DNA of 64,000 nt from a virus (IMGVR_UViG_3300007609_000017:1895-65894), one strand, 5' to 3'. Counted from the first letter of the stretch, positions 29,601 to 38,769 are shown. The notes: generated by a model from the sequence alone, not told the origin. Translations and numbers: made by a program.

Positions 29601-30113
29601 TCCGAACTTTTGATTGCTGGCAAATGCGGCGTTCATCACCGCAACAAACTGTTCAAAAAAATCCGTGTTGGTTGTGTCGTTCCATATCACTTCTAGACCG
29701 CGGAGATTGATTCCGTTGCTGTCAAACACATCTTCGGTGGTGGTTACACTGGCTACTTTGAGTACGCCCTTGGCATTCACGTGACGTTTGGGCACATAGC
29801 TGAGCATTTTAGCCAAGCGTAGCACACTGTCTCTGCGTTCGGCAGTTTCTAAAAAATTCTCTCGAGCATTTAGGTCTGTTCTAAAGCTAATGCTTTGTCC
29901 CAAAAACGCAATCAATTCTATGAGAGCAATGTATTCGCTGCTTTCAATATAATCGTTGAAATCTTCAGGATAATAGGTACGTAGATAGTCAATCATTGTT
30001 TTGCGAAGAGTTTCAAAATCATAGCTTTGAAAGTCAGCTTCGCGGAAGGTTTGGTAGATTTTTGTCCAATTCTCAGCTGAGAAAAGTGTAGCTTGTCTTG
30101 TGGTTGTTGCCAT
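26694..30113 (-). CDS. gp6: Baseplate wedge subunit (T4 gp6-like)
   Basis: DFETLRKTMIDYL..FNDY.ESS..ENFLETAERRDSVLRLAKMLSYVP, FGDGVF and ESLNDIRTKAP..YYTQNRMV..EDY are gp6/Baseplate_J hallmarks. Confidence 0.88.
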   Translation of the reverse strand: MATTTRQATLFSAENWTKIYQTFREADFQSYDFETLRKTMIDYLRTYYPEDFNDYIESSEYIALIELIAFLGQSISFRTDLNARENFLETAERRDSVLRLAKMLSYVPKRHVNAKGVLKVASVTTTEDVFDSNGINLRGLEVIWNDTTNTDFFEQFVAVMNAAFASNQKFGKPAVKKTLLGVRNEIYQVNTPTGVLPRYAFRAKVDGVNMPFELVSADLVGKEFLYEPSPNLGSNFNLLYKNDSRGNASADTGFFFYFKQGELKSTDFTISQRLDNRIVNINVDNINNDDVWLYKLDENGVLTEEWIKVPAVVGSNIAYNSLEQGQRKIFAVNTRNNDQIDLIFGDGVFAEIPVGDFRLFYRTSNGSSYRIKPSEISNSQIEIDYISRAGQLETLTVGLALQYTVANAVERESLNDIRTKAPQQYYTQNRMVNGEDYNVYPLTQYTNIIKSKAVNRTSSGISRFLDVKDTTGKYSSTNVFCDDGIFYRNEFLSSFSFEWTNTNDILRVVRGDLLNIINDPDTLHFYLGKYGSVDLTNLATVWERATVGTNASTGYFSNGSVPQGIGAFVGNSRRNIVVGSLIKFVAPAGFYFDLASGNKLELGTPSGQNQLSYIWCGVNSIVDDGTNQGLGNLSDGSGPVSLNQNIPVGAIVETVIPPFNTTLSTVSNEIVSNVTLYKDFGLRFDRDSQTWKIITANNLNKTSDWSIDNTGDITSTGSDASWIVLFETDGQTYTVKYRGISILFESVIQTRFYFDPVTRIYDSATGTTVDDQIVVLGINSEPDSTTGLNRDYVMFVEDVILESDGYIDNKKVKVTFPDTDKDGILDNPEIFDIVVAPETNSTQKYVFFEKQISNQNYITYVPYSELVSTDYATLEQLQNEKNLFADGTLFYAISDNKFYQISDNAVTGEKTVVDVSDDYVARIGRSNLKFQYKHNAPNNRRIDPSPSNIIDLFLLTKNYEEAYRNYAEDFTGTVQQPSVPTVEQLKTEFSDLETVKSVSDSIIYNHARFKPLFGNKAEEELQASFKVVKNANTVVTDSEVKSQLISAVNEYFSIENWDFGETFYFSELSAYLHNELRTIASSIVLVPTSNNQTFGSLYEIKCQPDEIFISSATVDNVEIIDSITASKIKADQIQTGGSQ

Positions 30114-30142
30114 TGTTATACTTTACCTAAATGTCGATAAAG

Positions 30143-30150
30143 TATTTATT
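30143..30150 (-). promoter_or_regulatory. Late promoter AATAAATA
   Basis: TAAATA core in the gap upstream of the gp6 ATG. Confidence 0.65.
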
Positions 30151-30170
30151 TGCTGTATAATATGATGTTA

Positions 30171-30557
30171 TTATTGTGTGACTGTAGCGCTGGATAAACT
30201 GAGATTTCTGCTGTCAAACTCCACAAACAACAGTTCTGTGGCCTGCAGATTGACATAGTTCAATTCCAACACAACCTGCAGTCCGTGCTCATATTCTTGT
30301 AGTCTAATGCCCACAAGTTGCAGTCTCGGATCCAAGGATATAATACGTTTTAACTCTGTGACCACTGCATCTTTGGTGGCATCATCCAAGGGTTCGTGAA
30401 TATAGTTCCACACACCGCACCCATAATCTCCGCGCATCAATCTTTCGCCTTGGCGTGTTTTCAGCACATTCAAAAGATCTTGTTTGATTAGTTCTGTGTC
30501 TGTAACAGTGTAGTTGTCTATTCTGCCGTCTGTGCTAAATCCTTTGAAAAATGCCAT
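30171..30557 (-). CDS. gp25: Baseplate wedge subunit (gp25/GPW family)
   Basis: IKQDLLNVLKTRQGERLMRGDYGCGVWNYIHEPLD..DPRL. Start set at ATG 30557 after a GGAG SD (track: 30572). Confidence 0.88.
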   Translation of the reverse strand: MAFFKGFSTDGRIDNYTVTDTELIKQDLLNVLKTRQGERLMRGDYGCGVWNYIHEPLDDATKDAVVTELKRIISLDPRLQLVGIRLQEYEHGLQVVLELNYVNLQATELLFVEFDSRNLSLSSATVTQ

Positions 30558-30558
30558 A

Positions 30559-30864
30559 TTAATCTCCTGCACTCACATCAGGCGACCCTTTAGTCATTTC
30601 GCCTGCGTCGGCACTATCGCCTACTCTGCCCACCTCAATTCCATTAATTTTTACTGTTTCGGATCCTTCATTTAGAAAAGCTATATGTGGTACACAAATA
30701 CCTTCTACAAGTATAGTATGAGATACTGTAGGTGCACCTACTACAGCAATAGCAATACCGTTGGCTTTTACTGTACGATCTGTATTGGAATTTCCAAGAG
30801 TAGTAGATCCTGCACAAAAATGACCGGTGCTCAAACCGTCTCCAATTCTTACAACTGCTGGCAT
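30559..30864 (-). CDS. gp5.4: PAAR-repeat central spike tip protein
   Basis: PAVVRIGD, IAVVGA, GSETVKING..VGRVGD, GSPDV, with His/Cys metal ligands; follows gp5. Confidence 0.88.
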   Translation of the reverse strand: MPAVVRIGDGLSTGHFCAGSTTLGNSNTDRTVKANGIAIAVVGAPTVSHTILVEGICVPHIAFLNEGSETVKINGIEVGRVGDSADAGEMTKGSPDVSAGD

Positions 30865-32222
30865 TATTTTTCTTCTTCCTGTCTATCGGTGCTCTGTGCC
30901 AAATTCAAGTGGGTGTAGCTAGGCTCGTGCGCAGGCACTCTTTTACTTAGTCCATTTTTAGGCGAGCTTTTTTGTTGCCATTCACCGTCGACTTTTTCGC
31001 TGTCTGTCCATTGGAACAATTCTAGCTGCGCGGCTTTTTCGGCTTCTGGTCCGTTAAAATCAATGGTTTTTCCTTTGAAAATCATTGCTTTTTCTGATTT
31101 GACTTGATATTTGCTATCAGTTGTACATCGCATTTCATCTACGCTTTTGAAATCCATTTTAGCATTACTATTAAGAGTAGTATTGATTTTACTTAACAAG
31201 TTAAAATCTCGTTCAGCAGTTATATTAACATCTCTGTTAGCGTGTATGTTTAAGTCTGTTTCGGTATGAATACTAATACTGTCTGCACTATACACATCAA
31301 TTTTACCAGTGTTGCTCATCTGTATCCAACTGTTGCCATCTGCTGTTGCCACATAGATAATGCCAGCAGTGTCGTGCATTACAATTTGATGCCCAGTGGA
31401 AGTTTTTAATCTCACTAGTTTGTTGTTGCCTTCTGCGTCACCGTCGTCTAATACCAGCTGATGCCCAGGTTTGCGCACTTTTATTGGTGGAATTTTTTGA
31501 CTGCTGGCTTCGCTGGTGCTTTGGTTACTGTCCACTGTGATTTCAGGATCGGGCGATCCGGGTGTGCTGAAGCCAAACACTCTGCTGGGCGTTTCTCTTT
31601 TGCTGCTACTAGAAGTCAAGCCTCTGGTTTCATCTTCTATCAACCCTTGATTTACCAATTGGTCACTGATGTAAGGATTGGCAGGTTTGGGATTTTTTTT
31701 GTAGTTTTGATGACGATTTTGCTCGTTTCTGTCGTTGTATTCGCTGGCTGGCAACTTTGTCTTGTTGTACTTTTGCAAATCTTCGCTGACAATAGCTTCG
31801 CTGGCAGCGTGACCGGGTACAGCGTGATGGTTGTGCTGATCAGGCAAGCACCCGAAATAGAATCCTTGGTTAGGGTCACCTTTGACAAATGTACACAGCA
31901 CTCGCACACCCAAGTCAGGAGGTGTAAACCACATACCGTAGCTGTGATTGGTGTTGTCAAAATTGTTTTCCACGCTTTTGCCTGCGTCAGAAGTCTGTCC
32001 AAAAAACGGACTGCTGTATCGCACAGGCAGCCACTGACTTTCGTCATTTTCGTTACCTCCGAATCCTTCTACAAACACACTCACTCTACCTTTGCGCAAA
32101 GGATCAATGTTGGCTTTGACAATGCCAATGTGCGGACCAGGGTCTAGTTTTACTCCGGGCTTGAGTTCTGTTTGTGCATATTCGGGCACCACTCTATTGT
32201 ATCGTCTTATGCTTCCGCTCAT
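30864..32222 (-). CDS. gp5: Baseplate central spike (gp5-like OB-fold plus beta-helix, no lysozyme domain)
   Basis: GIVKANIDPLRKGRVSV..W..PPDLGVRVLCTF..GD OB-fold, then GHQLVLDD..TGHQIVMHD beta-helix repeats. Confidence 0.85.
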   Translation of the reverse strand: MSGSIRRYNRVVPEYAQTELKPGVKLDPGPHIGIVKANIDPLRKGRVSVFVEGFGGNENDESQWLPVRYSSPFFGQTSDAGKSVENNFDNTNHSYGMWFTPPDLGVRVLCTFVKGDPNQGFYFGCLPDQHNHHAVPGHAASEAIVSEDLQKYNKTKLPASEYNDRNEQNRHQNYKKNPKPANPYISDQLVNQGLIEDETRGLTSSSSKRETPSRVFGFSTPGSPDPEITVDSNQSTSEASSQKIPPIKVRKPGHQLVLDDGDAEGNNKLVRLKTSTGHQIVMHDTAGIIYVATADGNSWIQMSNTGKIDVYSADSISIHTETDLNIHANRDVNITAERDFNLLSKINTTLNSNAKMDFKSVDEMRCTTDSKYQVKSEKAMIFKGKTIDFNGPEAEKAAQLELFQWTDSEKVDGEWQQKSSPKNGLSKRVPAHEPSYTHLNLAQSTDRQEEEK

Positions 32223-35200
32223 TGTTCATCTGTTCCTGGTAATGGTTGATTTGATATTATTGTGCCGTCCCCAGACACTACTGTTACTCCTGTTTGATTT
32301 ACAGATCCTTGATCGGCATCCACACCAACTGCGGTTGGTCCTGGGGTTCGCACAACTCTTTGTGTTACCACGCCTACACCCGGTTTTACATCTCCTGGTC
32401 CAAATACAGTGCCAGCACTGGGTGCGCTGTCCAATGGAAATGATTGAAATGTTTGATTTCCGTCACCTTGGTTGTTAAACAAGCCGCGGCCTGCACTACC
32501 AGTGGCAGGCGATAGTCCACTACCGGGTGGTTCTTCTGCTAGATTTTGTAGTTCGGCAAAGTGTGCTGTGTTGCTGATTTCACCTAGGTTGTCGCCAACA
32601 CCTGAGACACCTCCAAATTGTGTTACAGGATTGTCGCCGGGATTGAATCCGGAGCCGCCTAGGCCTGGCAATGGACTGGTAGCAACACCGCCTAAATTGG
32701 TTTTGGGCAAACTGTAGTCGCCTGCAATGCCTTTTCCTATACTGTCACTGATTGCACCGTTGAGTATGCCGGCACCTAACTGCTCGCTGATTTGTGCATC
32801 ACTCAACAGATTGTTTTCGGGCGCTGTGAGCTTGACAGCACTCACTGTTTGTGTAAACTGCCCGGCACTCAAAGAACTTTGCACCTCTAACACACGATAT
32901 TTTCCTGAAACCAACACACTGTTTTTGGCATTTGTGATGTCCATTTCTCCTGTAACAGGATCATAATCTGTGGGTGTTTTGAGAAACAACTCCAGATATG
33001 TTTCTCTGGCATTGTAGTTGATTCCGCCATCAGGCAGGTACACTGAGGAGGAGACGTCGTTATCTAATGCTGGCACACTGTAGTTTGTAGTGTCGATATA
33101 ATCCGGATCTCCCAGAATTTCCAAACTTAACTCCAACATATCAACACTGTTGTTTAGTATTTGTCTAGTTATATCGCCTGCTAATTTTACATTTTCAATA
33201 TCACCTACTATAGCATCAGTTTCATAGCTGTTGTGGTAGTGTACAGGCATAGGCATAACTGTGTCTTTGCTGGTATTTCTGTCTGTGCCTTGTGGCACAT
33301 AGGGCTGTGCCTGTGCAAAGTTTTGTATCAAACTTCTAGCTTGATAGTAGGTGGCGTCAAACTGTAGATTGAGATTGATGATGTCTTCGTTTTGTCCAGT
33401 GTAGATATAGCTGTAGCTTTTGTGCACACCTTCTGGCATTTTTTTGCCTATTCCGTCGATGTTGCGACCATTTAGATCAATTTTTTTAGTATAAAATGTA
33501 ACTCGCTTGGCATAAGACTTGCGGGCTTCGTCATAGCCCAGCAATTCAATTCTTGGCACTATTTTCCACCATTGTATAGGTTTGCTGGCGTTTTCTTGCG
33601 AGGTATCAATTTGGTTTGTCATATAAGTAGCGCGTCTAATCACAAGGTTTATCAACTCTGTAATACTAGTACCTTGTCGGATCACAAATGTTTTTTGTGC
33701 TTCACTGTAGCTGATGTTAGGATCAATACTGCTTCTAAAATCTTCAAAATTGTTGCGTGCCATTGGCACTTTTTCTTCTTCGATGTTGAGTAAATCAGCC
33801 AGTGTAAATCGTGCTTCGCCTAGTTCTTTGTCAAACTCAAACACATATTCGTCAGCAATATACTGGTATCCATTGACAACTTTTCTCTGTTCAAAGGCGT
33901 TCAATGCTGCAGCTAGTCCATCAAACTCGCTGCGTTTTTGTGTGTTTTTGGTGCGCTCAACACTGACCAAATCCTCGCGCTCCACTGACACAGTAGACAC
34001 AACTCCTACTCGTGCGTTGAAAAAACTTTCCACATTGCCTGCGGCTATTACAATACTAAAAGGAATAACGTTTCTTATGGTGTCATAGCCTTGGTGATGA
34101 TAGGGAATTGCAGTAATCTCATAGTTACTTCCAGTTTTGTCTATGTTGAATCGCATATCAGTGATACGTATAGGAATATTCTTGGTTTGCACGCCGTCAG
34201 TTATTTCTGTACCGTTGTCGTCGTACCCTAAAAAACTCACGCTCAACATATAAGGTTGATCTATGTAGTTACCTTCGCCTAGTGTGCTGTTGGCCAACAC
34301 AAGGTTTTCTATCAAACTAACACCATAGGGTTCGTAGATGGTAAAACTTAATTCAGTGACATTGGTGTTTCTGTTTCTGCCACTGAATCCTATAAGACTA
34401 TTGATATTAAGATTATCTATGTGATACTGGCTGTTTGCAAATGCAGGATTCCTGCCTACCTGTACAAAATTGTTATAGCTTGCGGTGCCACTGTTACTGA
34501 TCAATAGATCGTTGCTGGTTTTTGTCCAACTGCCTCCGGTACTGATTTGATTTAATTTGCTCAAAGGCAGTATGTAAAGTTCTACGTGGTAACTAAAACT
34601 GGCATATGGTCTTAATGGATTTTGTTTTGTGGTAATCACTTTGCTTGATGCACTGCTGCCTTCTACACTGCTGATGGGCTGTTGTGTTGCACTGTCCAAT
34701 TTGTTTTGTGCATTGCTTTGTATTGCACTTGCTGTTTGTTCAGCCTCATCAACAGCAGCAGTGTTTTCAGAAGATTGGATAGCACCACCTTGCCCGGGCT
34801 CGTCTTCGGGGACAATGTCTTGTCCTACCAATCTTTCACGTTCCTCTGCAGAGGTTATTCTGCCTGTTGTTACAGCACCTTCGGCTTGATCTGCAGGGTC
34901 TTGTGGATTTTTATCTTGCTCTGCTTGTTTGGCGTTTTGTACAGCTTGTTCGCGTTCTATGGTTTTTTGTTGTGTGGCTGTTTGAATATTGGTTTCAGGA
35001 GCGGGTTCAAAGGTGTCAGAGGGAGGTTGTACCTGTACTCGCTGTTCGTTGATATCGTCTCTCAGTTGATCACGTTCTTGTTTTAGCGACACAACTTCTG
35101 GATCGTTGACTGCTTCCTTAAAACTAGCGCCTTGTGCCCGTTTTTCTGCAATTAGATCTTGACGTCGTTGAGCAACTTCTTGCTCTCTTTGTCTTAGGGC

Positions 35201-35653
35201 AGTTCCTTGCGGGCCATCTTCGTACACACCAGCAGTGCGTGTTCTTGTTCCGCCGCCTGTTGTTTGCACATTTTGTGTTGTAGTGCTAGTTACCGTTCTT
35301 GTGGTTGTGGTCTGACTGGATAGCGGTGGCACAGTAGTGTTGCTTTCTTTTGGCTGATTAACAGTAGTACTTTCCACAACCTGTCTAGGTTGCACTGTGC
35401 GAGAAACAGTTTGTCCTCCACTAGCGCCATTTTGTATGTTGGTGCCTGTGCCAATACTGAATGTTTCAAGTTGGCCATACTGAGGATTATAATCCGGTGC
35501 GCTTGGGTTAGGGCTTCCTACTTCATTGACCACATAGTCGTAATTGTCTAATTCGCTGTCTGTAATGCCGCTCTGAGTTAGTGCATCACCTTCACTGAAT
35601 CCCTGGGACCGAAGTTGATTGTAGAGTTTGGCTTTTTCTGACTGACTGGCCAC
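32219..35653 (-). CDS. Baseplate hub protein (gp27-like) with long low-complexity extensions
   Basis: GTG start; central NPLRPYASFSYH..FTIYEPYG..LEILGDPDYI..GKYRVLEVQS..GQFTQTV hub-like motifs; located between gp53 and gp5. Confidence 0.65.
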   Translation of the reverse strand: MASQSEKAKLYNQLRSQGFSEGDALTQSGITDSELDNYDYVVNEVGSPNPSAPDYNPQYGQLETFSIGTGTNIQNGASGGQTVSRTVQPRQVVESTTVNQPKESNTTVPPLSSQTTTTRTVTSTTTQNVQTTGGGTRTRTAGVYEDGPQGTALRQREQEVAQRRQDLIAEKRAQGASFKEAVNDPEVVSLKQERDQLRDDINEQRVQVQPPSDTFEPAPETNIQTATQQKTIEREQAVQNAKQAEQDKNPQDPADQAEGAVTTGRITSAEERERLVGQDIVPEDEPGQGGAIQSSENTAAVDEAEQTASAIQSNAQNKLDSATQQPISSVEGSSASSKVITTKQNPLRPYASFSYHVELYILPLSKLNQISTGGSWTKTSNDLLISNSGTASYNNFVQVGRNPAFANSQYHIDNLNINSLIGFSGRNRNTNVTELSFTIYEPYGVSLIENLVLANSTLGEGNYIDQPYMLSVSFLGYDDNGTEITDGVQTKNIPIRITDMRFNIDKTGSNYEITAIPYHHQGYDTIRNVIPFSIVIAAGNVESFFNARVGVVSTVSVEREDLVSVERTKNTQKRSEFDGLAAALNAFEQRKVVNGYQYIADEYVFEFDKELGEARFTLADLLNIEEEKVPMARNNFEDFRSSIDPNISYSEAQKTFVIRQGTSITELINLVIRRATYMTNQIDTSQENASKPIQWWKIVPRIELLGYDEARKSYAKRVTFYTKKIDLNGRNIDGIGKKMPEGVHKSYSYIYTGQNEDIINLNLQFDATYYQARSLIQNFAQAQPYVPQGTDRNTSKDTVMPMPVHYHNSYETDAIVGDIENVKLAGDITRQILNNSVDMLELSLEILGDPDYIDTTNYSVPALDNDVSSSVYLPDGGINYNARETYLELFLKTPTDYDPVTGEMDITNAKNSVLVSGKYRVLEVQSSLSAGQFTQTVSAVKLTAPENNLLSDAQISEQLGAGILNGAISDSIGKGIAGDYSLPKTNLGGVATSPLPGLGGSGFNPGDNPVTQFGGVSGVGDNLGEISNTAHFAELQNLAEEPPGSGLSPATGSAGRGLFNNQGDGNQTFQSFPLDSAPSAGTVFGPGDVKPGVGVVTQRVVRTPGPTAVGVDADQGSVNQTGVTVVSGDGTIISNQPLPGTDEQ

Positions 35654-35654
35654 T

Positions 35655-35954
35655 TTAGATTCCTAGATCGTTTTTGATATTACTGAGTTTTGGCAATCGG
35701 ATCACAATGCCTGTGCGAAAATCAAACAGTGGATCTTTGAGTGTATTGGGATTTCTTTTGGCAAACACCCACCACAGATTGCTGTCTTTATAGAGGTCAA
35801 ATGCCAACAAATCAGGACGACGATCATACACAGCATCAATTTGATAGGTAACGTCGTCTGGTTCGGCTGTGATTGGCTGATTGGTCCACACATCAAGATA
35901 GAAATTATTAGTAGATGTGTTTTTATAAAAACTGGTTGCTTTGTATTCTGCCAT
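35655..35954 (-). CDS. gp53: Baseplate wedge subunit (gp53-like, LysM-like)
   Basis: RPDLLAFDLYKDSNLWWVFAKRN..DPLFDF..G..IRLP signature. Confidence 0.8.
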   Translation of the reverse strand: MAEYKATSFYKNTSTNNFYLDVWTNQPITAEPDDVTYQIDAVYDRRPDLLAFDLYKDSNLWWVFAKRNPNTLKDPLFDFRTGIVIRLPKLSNIKNDLGI

Positions 35955-36841
35955 TAGATAAATCCACCTTTGCTGCCACTGCTGGTCAACTCTCCGTTGG
36001 CAAATGCCTTCACACTGAATTCACTGCTGACCCGCTGTCTGCTGTACAGTGGCATCAATGTTATGTTCATTACAGTACTGGTTGGCACCATTGTGGTATT
36101 TTCACTACCCAAAAACTGCTCTGGTGAGCCTAAACTGAATTCATTTGTGCCCACAGGTATATAGTCCACATCGTCAGGCAACACATAGTTAAAGTCTGTG
36201 ACAACCACTGGAATGTCGTCAAACATATATTTGCCGTGACCTTTGAGTCTCAACACTGGCGGCGGAGTTCCTCTGTTGGCATCGTTGCTGTAGTACATCT
36301 TGGTTGCGGTACGGAAAAAATGTATGGCTGCTAGTACGTATCTAGCTTCGTCTAGGTTGCTGGCACTAAACTCGCCTGGTACAATTATACTCTGTATCAT
36401 ACTGTTTTCGTAGGCAGGATAAGGATAGTTGGTTTGAGCTGGCTGAACCATACTGTAGTTGGCACTGTGAATAACACTGATGTTGGGCTGAAAGGGAAAT
36501 ATCACACCAAATCTATTTTCACCGGTGTATCTCAGTGGACTGAGTATGTCGCTCTCAAACACGCTTTGGCCTATAGTACTGCCAGCAGGACATAGTATTT
36601 TAACTCTAGTGTCCTGCTGAGTGCCAGCACTGGGAGTAAAATTCACAGGTGTGATAGGTTGTGCGCCAGGTGTTAGTCCTGCGCTGTCTAGTCTGCCTCC
36701 ACTGAGTGTGCCAGCGAACGCTTGTACACCAGGCTGGTTAGCCAAAGTAGACACAGCACTCTGTGCTAGATTGTTTCCTATCTGTCGGGCCTGCGAAACT
36801 GCGCTGCTGGCTATTTCTTTGATTGGTGGAATTAATGCCAT
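35954..36841 (-). CDS. Baseplate/tail-tube initiator (gp48/gp54-like)
   Basis: IFPFQPNI..FFRTATKMYY..GTPPPVLRLKGHG..VVVTDFNYVLP tube-initiator-like pattern; first gene of the baseplate operon. Confidence 0.6.
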   Translation of the reverse strand: MALIPPIKEIASSAVSQARQIGNNLAQSAVSTLANQPGVQAFAGTLSGGRLDSAGLTPGAQPITPVNFTPSAGTQQDTRVKILCPAGSTIGQSVFESDILSPLRYTGENRFGVIFPFQPNISVIHSANYSMVQPAQTNYPYPAYENSMIQSIIVPGEFSASNLDEARYVLAAIHFFRTATKMYYSNDANRGTPPPVLRLKGHGKYMFDDIPVVVTDFNYVLPDDVDYIPVGTNEFSLGSPEQFLGSENTTMVPTSTVMNITLMPLYSRQRVSSEFSVKAFANGELTSSGSKGGFI

Positions 36842-36856
36842 TCTTAAAAAAATCTC

Positions 36857-36885
36857 TTGTTTTTATTATTTATTGAGTGTATAAT
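36857..36885 (+). promoter_or_regulatory. sigma70-type promoter TTGTTT-N17-TATAAT for gp55
   Basis: TTGTTT 36857-36862, TATAAT 36880-36885, 17-nt spacer. Confidence 0.55.
36867..36874 (-). promoter_or_regulatory. Late promoter AATAAATA for the baseplate operon
   Basis: TAAATA core ~25 nt upstream of the 36841 ATG. Confidence 0.65.
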
Positions 36886-36917
36886 AACTCCATATAATTG
36901 GAGATAAATATCAATCT

Positions 36918-37757
36918 ATGCGAATCAACTATCTAAACAACCGAGATATCCTCAAAGAAATTCACCGAAGCAAATGCACCTACAGCAGTTTTCTCAGCAA
37001 ATACGACAGCGACTGCGACTATATTGTCAGCGACTTGAGCGAGATCACAGCTCAGACTATTTCGCAGGCCAAACACAATCGTGCAGATAGAATCAGCAAA
37101 GCTGCTTACTACGATCATATCAAAGCACACGGCAAAAAAGATGTAAAAATGAGTGACTTTGACATTGATCCGTTGACTTACACAGACACTGATGTAGTAT
37201 TTAGATTGATGACTTTTGACCACGTCCCAGAAGAGCCGGGTCGTAAAAAAACAGTCAAGTCCGAAGCTGACAAACACACTAGACTGAACTTTCCTCCGTT
37301 CCAGCACTATCGACTAGACGAAGAAGGCAACCTCAATCTTGTGGGAAAAAGCCACTGGAAAGGTGATGTACACACTGGCAAGTTCAGCAAGGATCACGGC
37401 AGAATGACTGACGAACTGGGCAAAATGTTTTTGAAATTGTGTGACAGATATGGTACTAGAGCCAACTGGAGAGGGTACACCTACAATGACGAAATGAGAG
37501 GTCAAGCAATTGTCCAACTGGCCCATATTGGTCTACAGTTTGATGAAAGCAAAAGTCAAAATCCATTTGCATACTACACAGCAGCCATCACCAACAGTTT
37601 TACTAGAGTGCTAAACATTGAAAAGAAAAATCAAAACATTCGTGATGACATTCTAGAAATGAATGATTATAATCCCAGTTACACTAGACAGGCGGCGCAC
37701 GAACACGCTGTAGGTCTAGCTAGATTCAACGAAGCAGAAGGCCACAACGATGAGTAA
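36918..37757 (+). CDS. gp55: Late-transcription sigma factor
   Basis: NYLNNRDIL, NWRGYTYNDEM, FDESKSQNPFAYYT and EKKNQNIR are gp55 hallmarks; upstream of gp47 as in T4-like phages. Confidence 0.9.
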   Translation: MRINYLNNRDILKEIHRSKCTYSSFLSKYDSDCDYIVSDLSEITAQTISQAKHNRADRISKAAYYDHIKAHGKKDVKMSDFDIDPLTYTDTDVVFRLMTFDHVPEEPGRKKTVKSEADKHTRLNFPPFQHYRLDEEGNLNLVGKSHWKGDVHTGKFSKDHGRMTDELGKMFLKLCDRYGTRANWRGYTYNDEMRGQAIVQLAHIGLQFDESKSQNPFAYYTAAITNSFTRVLNIEKKNQNIRDDILEMNDYNPSYTRQAAHEHAVGLARFNEAEGHNDE

Positions 37758-38769
37758 TCTGTTCAATCGAGCAGCAATTTTCACAGACATACACTTCGGC
37801 AACAAAAGCAACAGTCATTCACATAACCAAGACTGTTTGGACTTTGTGGAATGGGCTATTGCTACTGCCAAAGCACACAACTGCGACACTGGTATGTTTT
37901 TGGGCGACTGGCACCATCATCGAGCCAGCATCAACATTGCCACACTCAACTACAGTCTGCAAGCACTAGAGCAATTGGCCAACGGATTTGGACAATTTTT
38001 CTTTATTCCAGGCAATCACGATTTGTACTATCGCGACAAACGCGATATTCAAAGCGCAGAGTGGGCAAGAAACATCAAAGGCATAGAAATTGTCAACGAT
38101 TTTTTCAAAGAAGGTGATGTTAGCATTGTGCCTTGGCTGGTTGGCGACGATCACAAAAAGTTAAAAAAGATCGATGCAAAGTATATGTTCGGTCATTTTG
38201 AACTGCCGCACTTTTATATGAATGCAATGGTGCAAATGCCAGATCACGGCGAAGCCAGTTCAAAGGACTTAGTTGGTGTGGAGCACGTGTACAGTGGGCA
38301 CTTTCACAAGCGCCAAACGCAGGGCAACATCACATATATGGGCAACTGCTTTCCGCACAATTACGCAGATGCACACGACGATGACAGAGGACTAATGATT
38401 CTAGACTGGCACAATGGGCCTACATTTATTCCCTGGCCAGGTGCACCCAAGTATCGCAAATACAAACTAAGCCAGCTGTTAGAAGAAGGTGGTGCTGATC
38501 GCTTGCTATCAGAAAAAATGTATTGTAGGGTCGATCTAGACATTGATATCAGCTACGAAGAAGCAGGATTTATCAAAGAAACATTTGTCGACAACTACAA
38601 TCTGAGAGATCTACACCTGATACCTATCAAAAAACAAGAGCACGACAAAGAGTATTCAGGCGAAATTAGCTTTGAGAGTGTAGATCAAATTGTCAGCACA
38701 GAACTTAAACAGGTAGAGAGCGATTTTTACGATCCTAAAATTTTAATGGAGTTGTATCAGAACTTATGA
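37750..38769 (+). CDS. gp47: Recombination endonuclease subunit (Mre11/SbcD-like)
   Basis: TDIHFG, LGDWHH, PGNHD, GHFE and SGHFH metallophosphoesterase motifs. Confidence 0.93.
   Translation: MSNLFNRAAIFTDIHFGNKSNSHSHNQDCLDFVEWAIATAKAHNCDTGMFLGDWHHHRASINIATLNYSLQALEQLANGFGQFFFIPGNHDLYYRDKRDIQSAEWARNIKGIEIVNDFFKEGDVSIVPWLVGDDHKKLKKIDAKYMFGHFELPHFYMNAMVQMPDHGEASSKDLVGVEHVYSGHFHKRQTQGNITYMGNCFPHNYADAHDDDRGLMILDWHNGPTFIPWPGAPKYRKYKLSQLLEEGGADRLLSEKMYCRVDLDIDISYEEAGFIKETFVDNYNLRDLHLIPIKKQEHDKEYSGEISFESVDQIVSTELKQVESDFYDPKILMELYQNL

Noticed and set aside
26694-36841. Bacterial T6SS, eCIS or tailocin locus
   Set aside because: Portal, protease, scaffold, capsid, gp55 and gp46/47 are present, indicating a true phage.
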